From Desulfobacterales bacterium (GTDB lineage Bacteria; Desulfobacterota; Desulfobacteria; Desulfobacterales; JAFDDL01), in the NCBI GenBank assembly GCA_034003325.1, contig JAVEYW010000005.1, positions 156,508 to 220,507 of the forward strand: DNA of 64,000 nt, in the 5' to 3' direction. How positions within the stretch are numbered: position 1 is the first letter of the stretch; each line of letters begins with the position of its first letter. A model generated the notes under the pieces. That model made no database searches and was not told the DNA's origin. It saw only the letters and a list, made by a program, of their open reading frames with translations. Both the position numbers and the translations under genes were made by a program. Below are positions 8,674-17,324 of this stretch, in pieces.

Positions 8674-9957
8674 ATGACTCAGGAAAATAAAAAGCCGGTC
8701 AGCACTATCGACATTGTCAACCGGAGGCTCCCCAAGCGGTATCGTGCCGAGCGCCGGTTTCGTCTCTACGGGATGATCGCCATTACCGCCAGTTTGGGCT
8801 TTTTGTCCTTACTGTTTATCAGTATTATCGGAAAAGGGTATACGGCTTTTCAACAGACGTTCATTCAATTGAATGTTTTCATGGACCCCTCGATGCTGGA
8901 CCAGACGGCGCTGGCAAATGCGGATTACAACCGGCTGGTGAAACGATCTTTGGAACAGCTTTTCCCCGAAGTTGAAACACGGCAGGATAAACGCAAGCTG
9001 TATCGGTTGGTGAGCTCAGGGGCGGCATTTCAGATTCGCTCGAGCATTTTGAAAGATACGGGCCTTATCGGAACCACCCGGACCCTGTGGGTGCCGGCGG
9101 ATGACAATGTGGACATGGTGGTAAAGGGGCATTTTCGATCCGCGAATGGCAAAGACCATGGCGGACCCTTGAGCGAAAAGGAATTGGAATGGATATCGCG
9201 GCTTCAATCCGAAGGGCGCCTTGAAAAACGATTTAACCGGACCTTTTTTACCGGAGGTGATTCCAGAGAACCCGAGCTGGCCGGTATCTGGGGGGCGGTG
9301 GTGGGGTCCTTCCTGACGCTGATCGTCACCCTCATCCTTTCCTTTCCCATCGGTGCGGCCGCAGCCGTATACCTGGAAGAATTTGCGCCCAAAAACCAGT
9401 GGACGGATCTGATCGAGGTCAATATCAACAATCTGGCCGCCGTGCCCTCCATCGTGTTCGGATTGCTGGGACTGGCCGTTTTTTTGAATTTTTTCGGTCT
9501 TCCCCGCTCGGCGCCCATTGTGGGGGGGCTGGTGTTGACGCTCATGACCTTACCCACGATCATTATTGTCGGTCGAGCGGCGCTTCAGGCGGTGCCGCCG
9601 TCTATTCGAGAGGCCGCCCTGGGTGTCGGGGCTTCGGGGATGCAGACGGTCATGCACCATGTGTTGCCTTTGGCGCTTCCCGGCATGTTGACCGGAACGA
9701 TTATCGGGATGGCGCGGGCGCTGGGGGAAACTGCTCCTTTGTTGATGATCGGCATGGTTGCGTTTATTGTGGATATTCCCGGCAGCATCACGGACCCCGC
9801 CACTGTGTTGCCCGTTCAAATTTTTTTATGGGCGGATAGCCCTGAGCGGGCTTTTATTGAAAAAACGTCTGCAGCGACCATGGTGTTGCTGGCCTTCTTG
9901 ATTGTTATGAATTCAGCGGCCGTCATTTTAAGGCGCCGCTTTGAGCGTCGCTGGTAG
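8674..9957 (+). CDS. pstA: Phosphate ABC transporter permease PstA
   Basis: TM permease with a large first periplasmic loop and the PstA-type region IREAALGVGASGMQTVMHHVLPLALPGM..ARALGETAPLL. Confidence 0.9.
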   Translation: MTQENKKPVSTIDIVNRRLPKRYRAERRFRLYGMIAITASLGFLSLLFISIIGKGYTAFQQTFIQLNVFMDPSMLDQTALANADYNRLVKRSLEQLFPEVETRQDKRKLYRLVSSGAAFQIRSSILKDTGLIGTTRTLWVPADDNVDMVVKGHFRSANGKDHGGPLSEKELEWISRLQSEGRLEKRFNRTFFTGGDSREPELAGIWGAVVGSFLTLIVTLILSFPIGAAAAVYLEEFAPKNQWTDLIEVNINNLAAVPSIVFGLLGLAVFLNFFGLPRSAPIVGGLVLTLMTLPTIIIVGRAALQAVPPSIREAALGVGASGMQTVMHHVLPLALPGMLTGTIIGMARALGETAPLLMIGMVAFIVDIPGSITDPATVLPVQIFLWADSPERAFIEKTSAATMVLLAFLIVMNSAAVILRRRFERRW

Positions 9958-10097
9958 AAATACAAGTTGAAGGCGAGCGCCGCTAATAAAACAATCATTC
10001 GGCGCTAACATTGTTTGAATATTGAAATACGAATATGAACCGACGTTAGCGAACTCGTCGCGGAATATAAACCAAACGCTTAAGGAGGAAAAAAGAA

Positions 10098-11153
10098 ATG
10101 TTGAAAAGGAAAATCGGTACGTTTACGGCGGCTCTCTTTATTGCCGGATCACTGGGTCTGGCGCATGCGGAATCGGCGCGGGACTATATCAGCATTGTCG
10201 GCTCATCAACGGTATACCCGTTTGCGACCGTCGTGGCCGAACAGTTCGGAAAAACAACCTCATTTAAAACGCCCAAAATCGAATCCACCGGAACGGGCGG
10301 CGGCTTTAAACTTTTTTGCGCCGGTATCGGTGTTGAGCACCCCGATATCACCAACGCTTCCCGGGCGATCAAAAAGTCCGAGTGTGAAAGCTGCGAAAAA
10401 AACGGCGTAAAAGAAATCGTTGAGGTTAAAATCGGGTATGACGGCATCGTGGTGGCCAATTCCAAGAAAGCACCCGTGATGAAGCTGACCCGAAAAGAAA
10501 TTTTTCTCGCATTGGCCAAGGATGTGCCCGACGCCAAAACAGAGGGAAAGCTTGTGGCCAACCCGCATAAAACTTGGAAAAGTGTCAACCCCTCTCTGCC
10601 GGATGTAGAAATTGAAGTTCTCGGACCGCCGCCGACCTCCGGTACTCGGGATGCGTTTGTGGAACTGGCCATGGAAGAAGGCGGGCAAGCGTTCGGGTGG
10701 ATTAAGGCATTGAAAAAGTCGGACGAGAAAAAGTTCAAATCCATTTGCCATACGATTCGTGAAGACGGTGCTTATGTTGAAGCCGGTGAAAACGACAACC
10801 TGATCGTGCAAAAACTCGACGCCAATCCCGATGCGTTCGGTATCTTCGGCTACAGTTTTCTGGAACAAAACCAGGATAAAATTCAGGGCTCCGTCATCGA
10901 AGGCGTTCAACCGAATTTCGATGCGATTGCCTCCGGCAAGTACGCCGTATCCAGGCCCCTGTTTTTCTATGTCAAAAAAGCCCATGTCGATGTCATCCCG
11001 GGTATTCGGGAATATCTCAAAGAGTTTACGAGTGAAAAAGCCTGGGGACCGGAAGGGTATTTGAGTGAAAAGGGTTTGATTCCGATGCCGGACGCGGAAC
11101 GGAAACAATACAGCGACAACGCGAAACACCTCGTCCCGGTCAGCATGAAATAA
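10098..11153 (+). CDS. pstS: Phosphate ABC transporter substrate-binding protein (PstS family)
   Basis: AAGGAGG RBS. Signal peptide (..GLAHA/ES). PBP-like motifs GSSTVYPF and GPPPTSGTRDAF. Confidence 0.9.
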   Translation: MLKRKIGTFTAALFIAGSLGLAHAESARDYISIVGSSTVYPFATVVAEQFGKTTSFKTPKIESTGTGGGFKLFCAGIGVEHPDITNASRAIKKSECESCEKNGVKEIVEVKIGYDGIVVANSKKAPVMKLTRKEIFLALAKDVPDAKTEGKLVANPHKTWKSVNPSLPDVEIEVLGPPPTSGTRDAFVELAMEEGGQAFGWIKALKKSDEKKFKSICHTIREDGAYVEAGENDNLIVQKLDANPDAFGIFGYSFLEQNQDKIQGSVIEGVQPNFDAIASGKYAVSRPLFFYVKKAHVDVIPGIREYLKEFTSEKAWGPEGYLSEKGLIPMPDAERKQYSDNAKHLVPVSMK

Positions 11154-11272
11154 GGGTGTCAAAGAACCACGGTGTATTTATTCTATCGATGGTTTAGGCA
11201 TTATGTTTGCTTTGCTTATCCGTCTATGAGGCCAGGATAAAAACGGCCGTAGCGATGAACAAAAACTGAATG

Positions 11273-11375
11273 CCCCAAAGGGGCTATGTAACATAGCCCA
11301 GGGTTGCGGCGCAGGCCGCTACCCTGGGTAAACCACGAACAAACCAATGAACCATCAACCCCAAAGGGGTTGTGT
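11273..11375. repeat. Cluster of GC-rich hairpins (REP-like) in the pstS-pstB spacer
   Basis: CCCCAAAGGGG; GGGCTATG-TAA-CATAGCCC; CCCAGGGT-TGCGGCGCAGGCCGCT-ACCCTGGG (with nested GCGGC/GCCGC); CAACCCC-AAA-GGGGTTG. Confidence 0.55.
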
Positions 11376-11474
11376 AAACTTGACGAAGGACCGGTGACAT
11401 TGTACCGTCAAGGGCACGGCAGTTCCGTCTTAAAATTTTTTTAATCAGCGGGTTAAATGGAATCGATTTTGGAA

Positions 11475-12350
11475 ATGAAAGACCGTACGACCATACCGGG
11501 GCGGGCAAGCGTCAAGCCGACAGCGGAAAGAGCGGAAGGCGGCATCGCCGTCGGCCGTGATGTACGGGAAACCGTGGGCGAGTGGCAGGTTGAAAATCCG
11601 CGCATGGCGTGTCGGAATGTGAATGTTTATTACGCGGAAAAACAAGCGATTAAAAATGTGTCTTTGGATATCGGACGCAATGAAGTGATCGCCATGATCG
11701 GGCCTTCAGGCTGCGGGAAGTCCACGTTTATTCGATGCTTGAACAGAATGAACGATACCATTGACGGGTGCCGCGTCACCGGACAGATCACCCTGGACGG
11801 AATGGATATCTACGGGGAAAAAGTCGATGTGGTGCCCCTGCGTGCGCAGGTGGGAATGGTGTTCCAGAAACCGAACCCGTTTCCAAAGTCGATTTTCGAT
11901 AATGTGGCCTATGGCCCGAGAATTCACGGCCTGGCGAAAAACAAGGCGGAGTTGAACGAACTGGTCGAGATTTCCCTGAAAAAAGCAGGGCTCTGGAATG
12001 AAGTCAAAGACCAACTAGATCACCCGGGAACCGGGTTGTCCGGCGGCCAGCAACAGCGGTTGTGCATTGCTAGAACCATTGCCGTGAGCCCGGAAGTCAT
12101 TCTGATGGACGAACCTTGTTCCGCGCTTGACCCGATCGCCACGGCAAAGATCGAAGATTTGATTGACGAGCTAAGAGAACAATTTACCATTGTCATCGTG
12201 ACGCACTCCATGCAACAAGCCTCCCGCGTTTCCCAGCGAACCGCCTATTTTCACTTGGGCGATCTGATCGAGGTGGGCACGACCATTCAAATATTCACCA
12301 AGCCACGGCATCAGCTTACCGAAGATTACATCACCGGGCGGTTCGGATGA
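11475..12350 (+). CDS. pstB: Phosphate ABC transporter ATP-binding protein PstB
   Basis: Walker [10 protein letters not shown], signature [13 protein letters not shown], Walker [13 protein letters not shown], PstB-type C-terminus EDYITGRFG. The start is uncertain; ATGs at 11457, 11475 and 11604 are all in frame. Confidence 0.9.
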   Translation: MKDRTTIPGRASVKPTAERAEGGIAVGRDVRETVGEWQVENPRMACRNVNVYYAEKQAIKNVSLDIGRNEVIAMIGPSGCGKSTFIRCLNRMNDTIDGCRVTGQITLDGMDIYGEKVDVVPLRAQVGMVFQKPNPFPKSIFDNVAYGPRIHGLAKNKAELNELVEISLKKAGLWNEVKDQLDHPGTGLSGGQQQRLCIARTIAVSPEVILMDEPCSALDPIATAKIEDLIDELREQFTIVIVTHSMQQASRVSQRTAYFHLGDLIEVGTTIQIFTKPRHQLTEDYITGRFG

Positions 12351-12572
12351 TTTGGTCGTACTAAACGCTGGAAGCTGGGCGGCTGGGCTGCTTGGCGGCA
12401 AACGGCCTTCTCCGATGATACACACTTTATCCCCCCAACACACGCCGCGTATTTTATCCAAAAACGCCGAAATAAATTGTTTGAAACGAGTTAGCCTTGC
12501 TTTTGATGGCAGGCGGTAGACCATCGGTTGTTCCGAATCGAACGTTGTTTTTTTAAAGCTTTCGTGTGGGCG

Positions 12573-12779
12573 CATTACCGGTTTGTTAACACCTCTGGAT
12601 CAACACGGTATAGGGGCGAACCTGTGCGCGCGCCTATTGCCTTTGTAGGGGCAGACCTGCGTGTCTGCCCCCGTGAATCATAGTGCACGCTCCCCGCCCA
12701 ACCCAGGGCGGACACACAGGTCCGCCCCTACGTTGACCGCGACGCCATGGATGTTGTTTTCATAAACAAACCGGTAATG
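12573..12779 (+). mobile_element. Family-2 MITE-like element, full copy with 15-bp terminal inverted repeats
   Basis: The left end CATTACCGGTTTGTT (12573-12587) is the exact reverse complement of the right end AACAAACCGGTAATG (12765-12779). The interior carries three GC-rich hairpins. No coding capacity. Confidence 0.7.
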
Positions 12780-13029
12780 GTCCTTTTCGTATTCGCGTTT
12801 GGGCACCACTGCAAAAAGAAGATCAAAATAAACCGGCTCATAGAGGACTAATCCTTCTTTAATCTTGCCAAAACAAAACTCGTCCAAAAGTAAAACCGTC
12901 TCTCTGATTTCCCATGGCGGTCATAGCTCATATAACCGGCTCAATCGATGGGGGCAGGGCAAAAAAAACAGGAAGAAGGTCATTATCTGGTTGGAAGTAT
13001 TTATCTATTTAATTTAAAGGAGGAGATTC

Positions 13030-14295
13030 ATGAAAAAGAGGTTGGCACTATTCTTCGCGTTGGCGGCACTTTTGTTGATAGCACCGTTTGCGGGAGCAGC
13101 GGATTATAATCAGGAGCTGATCCTTCGGGAGCTTGAATACCTGAAGCAAAAGGTGAAATTCCAGGAAATGGAAATTCAACAACTCAAAGGCGCGACCGGA
13201 GATGCACTGGATAAGAAGATAGAGGAAAAAGTCGATACCAAGATCGCAACCGGGGAAAGCGCAAAGGTTTCCCTTGCCAATGAACTGATCGACCAGCTTG
13301 AAATAAAGGGGGATTTAAGGGTCCGTTATGAAAGAATGGATCGGGACAATCCTGCCGATGATTACGATGCTCAGAATCGGTGGCGAACCCGGTTTCGCGT
13401 GGGCGGTGTTTGGAAAAACAAAACCGAAAACTGGGAGATAGGCGCGGGCTTGGCCACGGGCGGTATCGATGGCACCAGCACCAACGACACCTGGGGGGAA
13501 GAATCTCCGTTCGAGACTGGTGACATTCGGCTCGATTATGCCTATGCCAAGCATAAGATGGAGTCATTTTCTTTTATTCTCGGTCAGCAAAAAAATCCAT
13601 TTGAGACCTCTTGGTTATATTGGGACGGCGATTTGAGACCGACCGGTTTTACCGCCAAATATAAAAGTGATGTTGGTGTGTTTGCCACCTTGGGCGCCTA
13701 CGGGGTTCGTTTTTATAAAAACGACAAAGACACGGCCATGCTCCTCGGTGGCCAGGTCGGCTATGAAAATATAATTGGAGAAGTCGAATTGTTGGCCGCT
13801 GTGGGATACCAGCATTTCGATAGTGAATTCAGTGATGAACAAGCACCCAACCCCGATTATGATTATCAGCTCGGCGATCTTTATGTTGAGGCAACCATTC
13901 CGGCCGGTGCGGTCAAATTAACCCCCTATGGGCATATCTGGTGCAATTTCGGAGCGGATGGTGAGGATGGAGAGGGTCAACTGGGCGGTACGCTGAACCC
14001 CGGGGATGAGGATCTGGGATGGCTGATCGGGTTGGACGCAAAAATCATGAAGTTGTTCAAGGTTGGATATGCCTATGCGGTTGTCGGCGCGGATTCCCTT
14101 TATGGCGGATTGAAAGATTCCGATTTTGGCGCGGGTTTGAGCTCTACAGACTTAAAGGGGCATAAAATCAGCGCTTCTTACAGCATGACGAAAAATATCA
14201 GCACCGGCGTTACGGCCTTCTTTTATGAAGCCGATGCAAGGGAAAACCAGAAAGACGTTGATCTTTATCAATGCGATGTCGTCTATAAGTTCTAA
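13030..14295 (+). CDS. Outer-membrane beta-barrel porin (putative) with N-terminal coiled coil
   Basis: AAAGGAGG RBS. Signal peptide (..PFAGA/AD), heptad-like LRELEYLKQKVKFQEMEIQQLKG, alternating beta-strand pattern rich in G/Y/D, C-terminal ..DVVYKF. Lies next to the pst genes. Confidence 0.7.
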   Translation: MKKRLALFFALAALLLIAPFAGAADYNQELILRELEYLKQKVKFQEMEIQQLKGATGDALDKKIEEKVDTKIATGESAKVSLANELIDQLEIKGDLRVRYERMDRDNPADDYDAQNRWRTRFRVGGVWKNKTENWEIGAGLATGGIDGTSTNDTWGEESPFETGDIRLDYAYAKHKMESFSFILGQQKNPFETSWLYWDGDLRPTGFTAKYKSDVGVFATLGAYGVRFYKNDKDTAMLLGGQVGYENIIGEVELLAAVGYQHFDSEFSDEQAPNPDYDYQLGDLYVEATIPAGAVKLTPYGHIWCNFGADGEDGEGQLGGTLNPGDEDLGWLIGLDAKIMKLFKVGYAYAVVGADSLYGGLKDSDFGAGLSSTDLKGHKISASYSMTKNISTGVTAFFYEADARENQKDVDLYQCDVVYKF

Positions 14296-14470
14296 AGAAG
14301 AACACCATCGGCTTTCCGGCTTGAAAGCGCCGGCGTGAAATAATTCCTCACCGCCCGGTACGTTGAAACCCGAAGGTCATCGTTGAGTGAACATGAGGCG
14401 GCGGATTCCACCGGAATAAAAGGGTGGGGACCGTCGCCTTCTTTTTGTGATACAGCAGCGTGTTGACGGC

Positions 14471-14517
14471 TAAAAACAACAGCGCCCCAACCGATAGGAG
14501 GTTGAGGCGCTGTTGTT
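14471..14517 (-). terminator. Stem-loop terminator candidate downstream of the PHP-GT gene (possibly bidirectional)
   Basis: A perfect 12-bp stem, AACAACAGCGCC...GGCGCTGTTGTT, with a 19-nt loop. On the minus strand the stem runs straight into a TTTTTA tract (rc of 14471-14476). Confidence 0.45.
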
Positions 14518-14533
14518 CGGTTTCGAATGGGAG

Positions 14534-14745
14534 TATTGCCGGTTGGTTAATGAAAACAACATCCATGGTAACTGTCGCGGGCAACGTACGGGGAAACGTA
14601 GGGGCGGACCTGTGTGTCCGCCCTGGTTTGGCGGGGATGCATCATGATTTACGGGGGCAGACACGCAGGTCTGCTCCCTACAGTGGCGACCAAAACGGCA
14701 ATAGGCGCACGCACAGGTTCGCTCCCTGCACCGTGTAATCCGTGA
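14534..14745 (-). repeat. Family-2 element, inverted copy with degenerate termini
   Basis: The reverse complement is collinear with 12573-12779: ATTGCCGGTTGGTTAATGAAAACAACATCCATGG..., the same three hairpins, and the end near 14745 diverged. Confidence 0.7.
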
Positions 14746-14754
14746 AGGATGCCC

Positions 14755-17202
14755 TTAAACGGCGATACTGTGTGAATGGCAAAGGCCCTCATCGTACATC
14801 TCCCACGATTGCATAAAGGCGGCTTCGAAAGATCTTTTTTCCATATAGTCCCGGGCATCGCGTCCCATTTGCGTCAGCCGTTTTAAATCGGTAATGAGGG
14901 AATGAATGGCCTCTTCCAACGCCGCTTCATCATCACCGGCCACGATGAGGCCCGTAATATTCGGCAGCAGGTTTTCACAGGGGCCGCCCTGGTCCGTTAC
15001 AATGACCGGAAGTCCGGAGGCTTGTGCTTCCAGCACCACATTGCCGAAGGTGTCCGTTGTGCTGGGAAAAACGAATAAATCACAAGACGCATAGAGTTCG
15101 GCCAAAGCGTCGCCCTCCATGTACCCGGTGAAGAGGCACGGATATCCATTCAGGGACGCTTTCATATCTTCCAGATAGGGACCGTCTCCAACAATGACGA
15201 GGGACAGGTTTAAATGCCTTTCAGCCAGTGCTTTAAAGGCATTTGCCAGAAGGTGAAGGTTTTTTTCCCTGGAGATGCGCCCGACATATAACAATTTTAA
15301 AATGTTCGGGTACTCGAGATGTTGGTTCAAATGCCCGTTTCGCTTGGACGGATGAAAGAAGTTGATATCGATGCCGCGGGGATACAGCTTTATCTTCTCA
15401 TCTGAAAGGCCTTTATCGACCAACTCCTTACGAGTGCTTTCCGATGGTGCGTAAACCACATCCATCTGGTCATAATACCATAATATGAGCCGCCACATCA
15501 GCTCTTCGATCGCATTGTCGCCGGTCAAGATGCGGGCATATTGCGGAATGGCGGTATGATAGGTGCCGATAAAGGGCAAACGCAGGATTTTGGAGATGGC
15601 CAATGCGGCCAATCCCACGGGGCCGGGGGTGGCCGAGTGAATATGGGTGAACTGATTTTCATAGCAATAGTCGAGCATTTCGAGAAAGGGGGGATAATAG
15701 ATTTTTTGATCCGGATATTCGGGCAGCTCATAAACGCCGATCGGTTCGAAATTGCGCAGGCCCAAGCCGCAGGGATGTTTTTGGGATTCACAGGTGATGA
15801 CGGTGAGGTTTTTTCCGAACTTGATCGCCATCTTAATCTGCTGCTGAAGCGTTTGGGCAACACCGTTGACATCGTAAAAGGTATCGGTGAAATGAACGAC
15901 ATTGGCGGTTTTCCCGCGGACGGCGGCATGATCCGCCGGGGTTCCAAACCGCTGATAAATGTCATCGCTCAATGCCTTGTCTTTGGAAAAAAGGGTATAG
16001 GCAACAAAATAGGGGGCCAGCAGCGTGTAGAGGCCGCCGGCGGAACCGATGGTGTGAAACAGGTTAAAGACATTGGCGCCGGAAAGTTGATCGAGAAGAG
16101 AATCGCCGAAATGGACCATGACCCGGTTGGCGGCGTCATTGACGAAGTTGAACCATCGCAGTTCTTCTTTTTGGCCATCCCCCGGCAGTGCATCGGCCGG
16201 CGCGAGGAGGTCCGGATTATCCTGAATCATGCGCCGGGTTTCATATTTCAGCAGATCGAGCAGGGATTCGGAGACCGGTGCCGTTTCCTTTTTCTGTTTA
16301 CGGTAATGCCACAGGTAGTAGAGCTTTGACAAAATACCGGCTGACGCTTCGCCCTCTCCGCGCAGGGAACGATCCAGAAATCGCATCAGGATGTCTTTTT
16401 CGGCGTAGCGGTGCTGCAGGTTGAATTTGTTGCGATAATACTGGTAGGCGATGCCGTAGAGGTTATGCGACATGGTTTTGGGGGTTGCCGGCTCCGAATG
16501 CACGGTGAAGGCGTGTAACTCAACGGTGCTAAAAAGATCGTCGAGTGTTTCCACCCCCGGAATTTGCGTGTGGGTGCGGGCGATATTTAACCCGCTATGG
16601 TCATCGGAACCGCCGAAAAGGCGCTTTTGCCAGGGCCGGTTCAATTTCGGTTCAAGATGATGTTTTTCTGATAATTGATCGATATTCTCGGGTTTCAGAT
16701 TGCCCAGGATGGCGGATAAGCAATCATTTTCACGTTTATTGCGAGAGCCGTTGATTTCAAAATAATTAAACAGGAGAAGCATTTTTTCAAAATGCGCGAT
16801 GGAGAGTTTCCCGTTGATCGCATAGAGCGGATGGGCCACGATATTTAAAATCCGCTCTAGGTTCAGATATTCGACCAGTTCAAACACATTTTGACGCAGT
16901 CGCTGAATTTCGTTGTGCTGCGCTTCCGTGATATTAAGCGCCAGAACATGCAGTTTACAATTATCTTCCGGGAAATAAGTGGTGATTTCTTCGCTGATGA
17001 AGGTGTCGGGGAGATGCGCGATTTCAAGAGCGCCTTCGATGCTGTTATGATCTGTGATGGTGACATGCGTCATTCCGCGCGCTTTGGCCGTGTTATATAG
17101 AGATGTCGGCTCGGTAAAGCTTTCGGGGCAATTTATTTTTTGAAGAATCCACTGGGAAGGGCGTTTTGAGCTCTTAGAGTGAACATGAAAATCAATTCGC
17201 AT
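14755..17202 (-). CDS. Fusion protein: N-terminal PHP-domain phosphoesterase plus C-terminal GT4 (group 1) glycosyltransferase
   Basis: The N-terminus MRIDFHVHSKSS..VTITDHNSIEG..AHP is a PHP metal-binding pattern. The C-terminal ~380 aa are GT-B/GT4-like (GRISREKNLHLL..FVFPSTTDTFGNVVLEAQASGLPVIVTDQGGPCE). AAAGGAG RBS. Confidence 0.8.
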   Translation of the reverse strand: MRIDFHVHSKSSKRPSQWILQKINCPESFTEPTSLYNTAKARGMTHVTITDHNSIEGALEIAHLPDTFISEEITTYFPEDNCKLHVLALNITEAQHNEIQRLRQNVFELVEYLNLERILNIVAHPLYAINGKLSIAHFEKMLLLFNYFEINGSRNKRENDCLSAILGNLKPENIDQLSEKHHLEPKLNRPWQKRLFGGSDDHSGLNIARTHTQIPGVETLDDLFSTVELHAFTVHSEPATPKTMSHNLYGIAYQYYRNKFNLQHRYAEKDILMRFLDRSLRGEGEASAGILSKLYYLWHYRKQKKETAPVSESLLDLLKYETRRMIQDNPDLLAPADALPGDGQKEELRWFNFVNDAANRVMVHFGDSLLDQLSGANVFNLFHTIGSAGGLYTLLAPYFVAYTLFSKDKALSDDIYQRFGTPADHAAVRGKTANVVHFTDTFYDVNGVAQTLQQQIKMAIKFGKNLTVITCESQKHPCGLGLRNFEPIGVYELPEYPDQKIYYPPFLEMLDYCYENQFTHIHSATPGPVGLAALAISKILRLPFIGTYHTAIPQYARILTGDNAIEELMWRLILWYYDQMDVVYAPSESTRKELVDKGLSDEKIKLYPRGIDINFFHPSKRNGHLNQHLEYPNILKLLYVGRISREKNLHLLANAFKALAERHLNLSLVIVGDGPYLEDMKASLNGYPCLFTGYMEGDALAELYASCDLFVFPSTTDTFGNVVLEAQASGLPVIVTDQGGPCENLLPNITGLIVAGDDEAALEEAIHSLITDLKRLTQMGRDARDYMEKRSFEAAFMQSWEMYDEGLCHSHSIAV

Positions 17203-17324
17203 GCTGTATGGTCTCCTTTTCGGTCTGAATAGACAAGTCTATGCCCGGTAAACGGACTTCAATATATTGTGTTATCAAAAGCACCTTCGTATTTGGCCGG
17301 CATTAGGGGTGAAATAAAAAAGGA

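Noticed and set aside
9990-10060. Possible Pho box among the GAATAT / TGAA repeats upstream of pstS.
   Set aside because: The repeats are 14 and 8 bp apart, not 11-bp phased, and do not resemble the 6837-6858 repeat.
10260-11162. Long antisense ORFs inside well-supported genes, for example 10260-11162 and 10184-10744 (pstS), 15541-16329 (PHP-GT), 30626-31255 (PhoH2), 52525-53136 (DUF1329-like) and 3535-4062 (phoR).
   Set aside because: They lie opposite genes with strong motif support, have Arg/Gly/Pro-rich composition typical of antisense frames, and have no RBS.
11284-11508. 74-aa minus-strand ORF in the pstS-pstB spacer (..GLPRVAACAATLGYVT).
   Set aside because: It is a translation of the GC-rich hairpin cluster, a pattern typical of REP-derived false ORFs.
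12678-12887. ORFs containing VGADLCVRPG / GQTRRSAP-type peptides: 6021-6224, 12678-12887, 14460-14738 and 14470-14664.
   Set aside because: They are generated by the GC-rich hairpins of the family-2 element. The unique N-terminal part of 12678-12887 (MDEFCFGKIKEGLVLYEPVYFDLLFAVVPKREYEKDHYRFVYENN) might be a remnant of a small gene, but I cannot support it.
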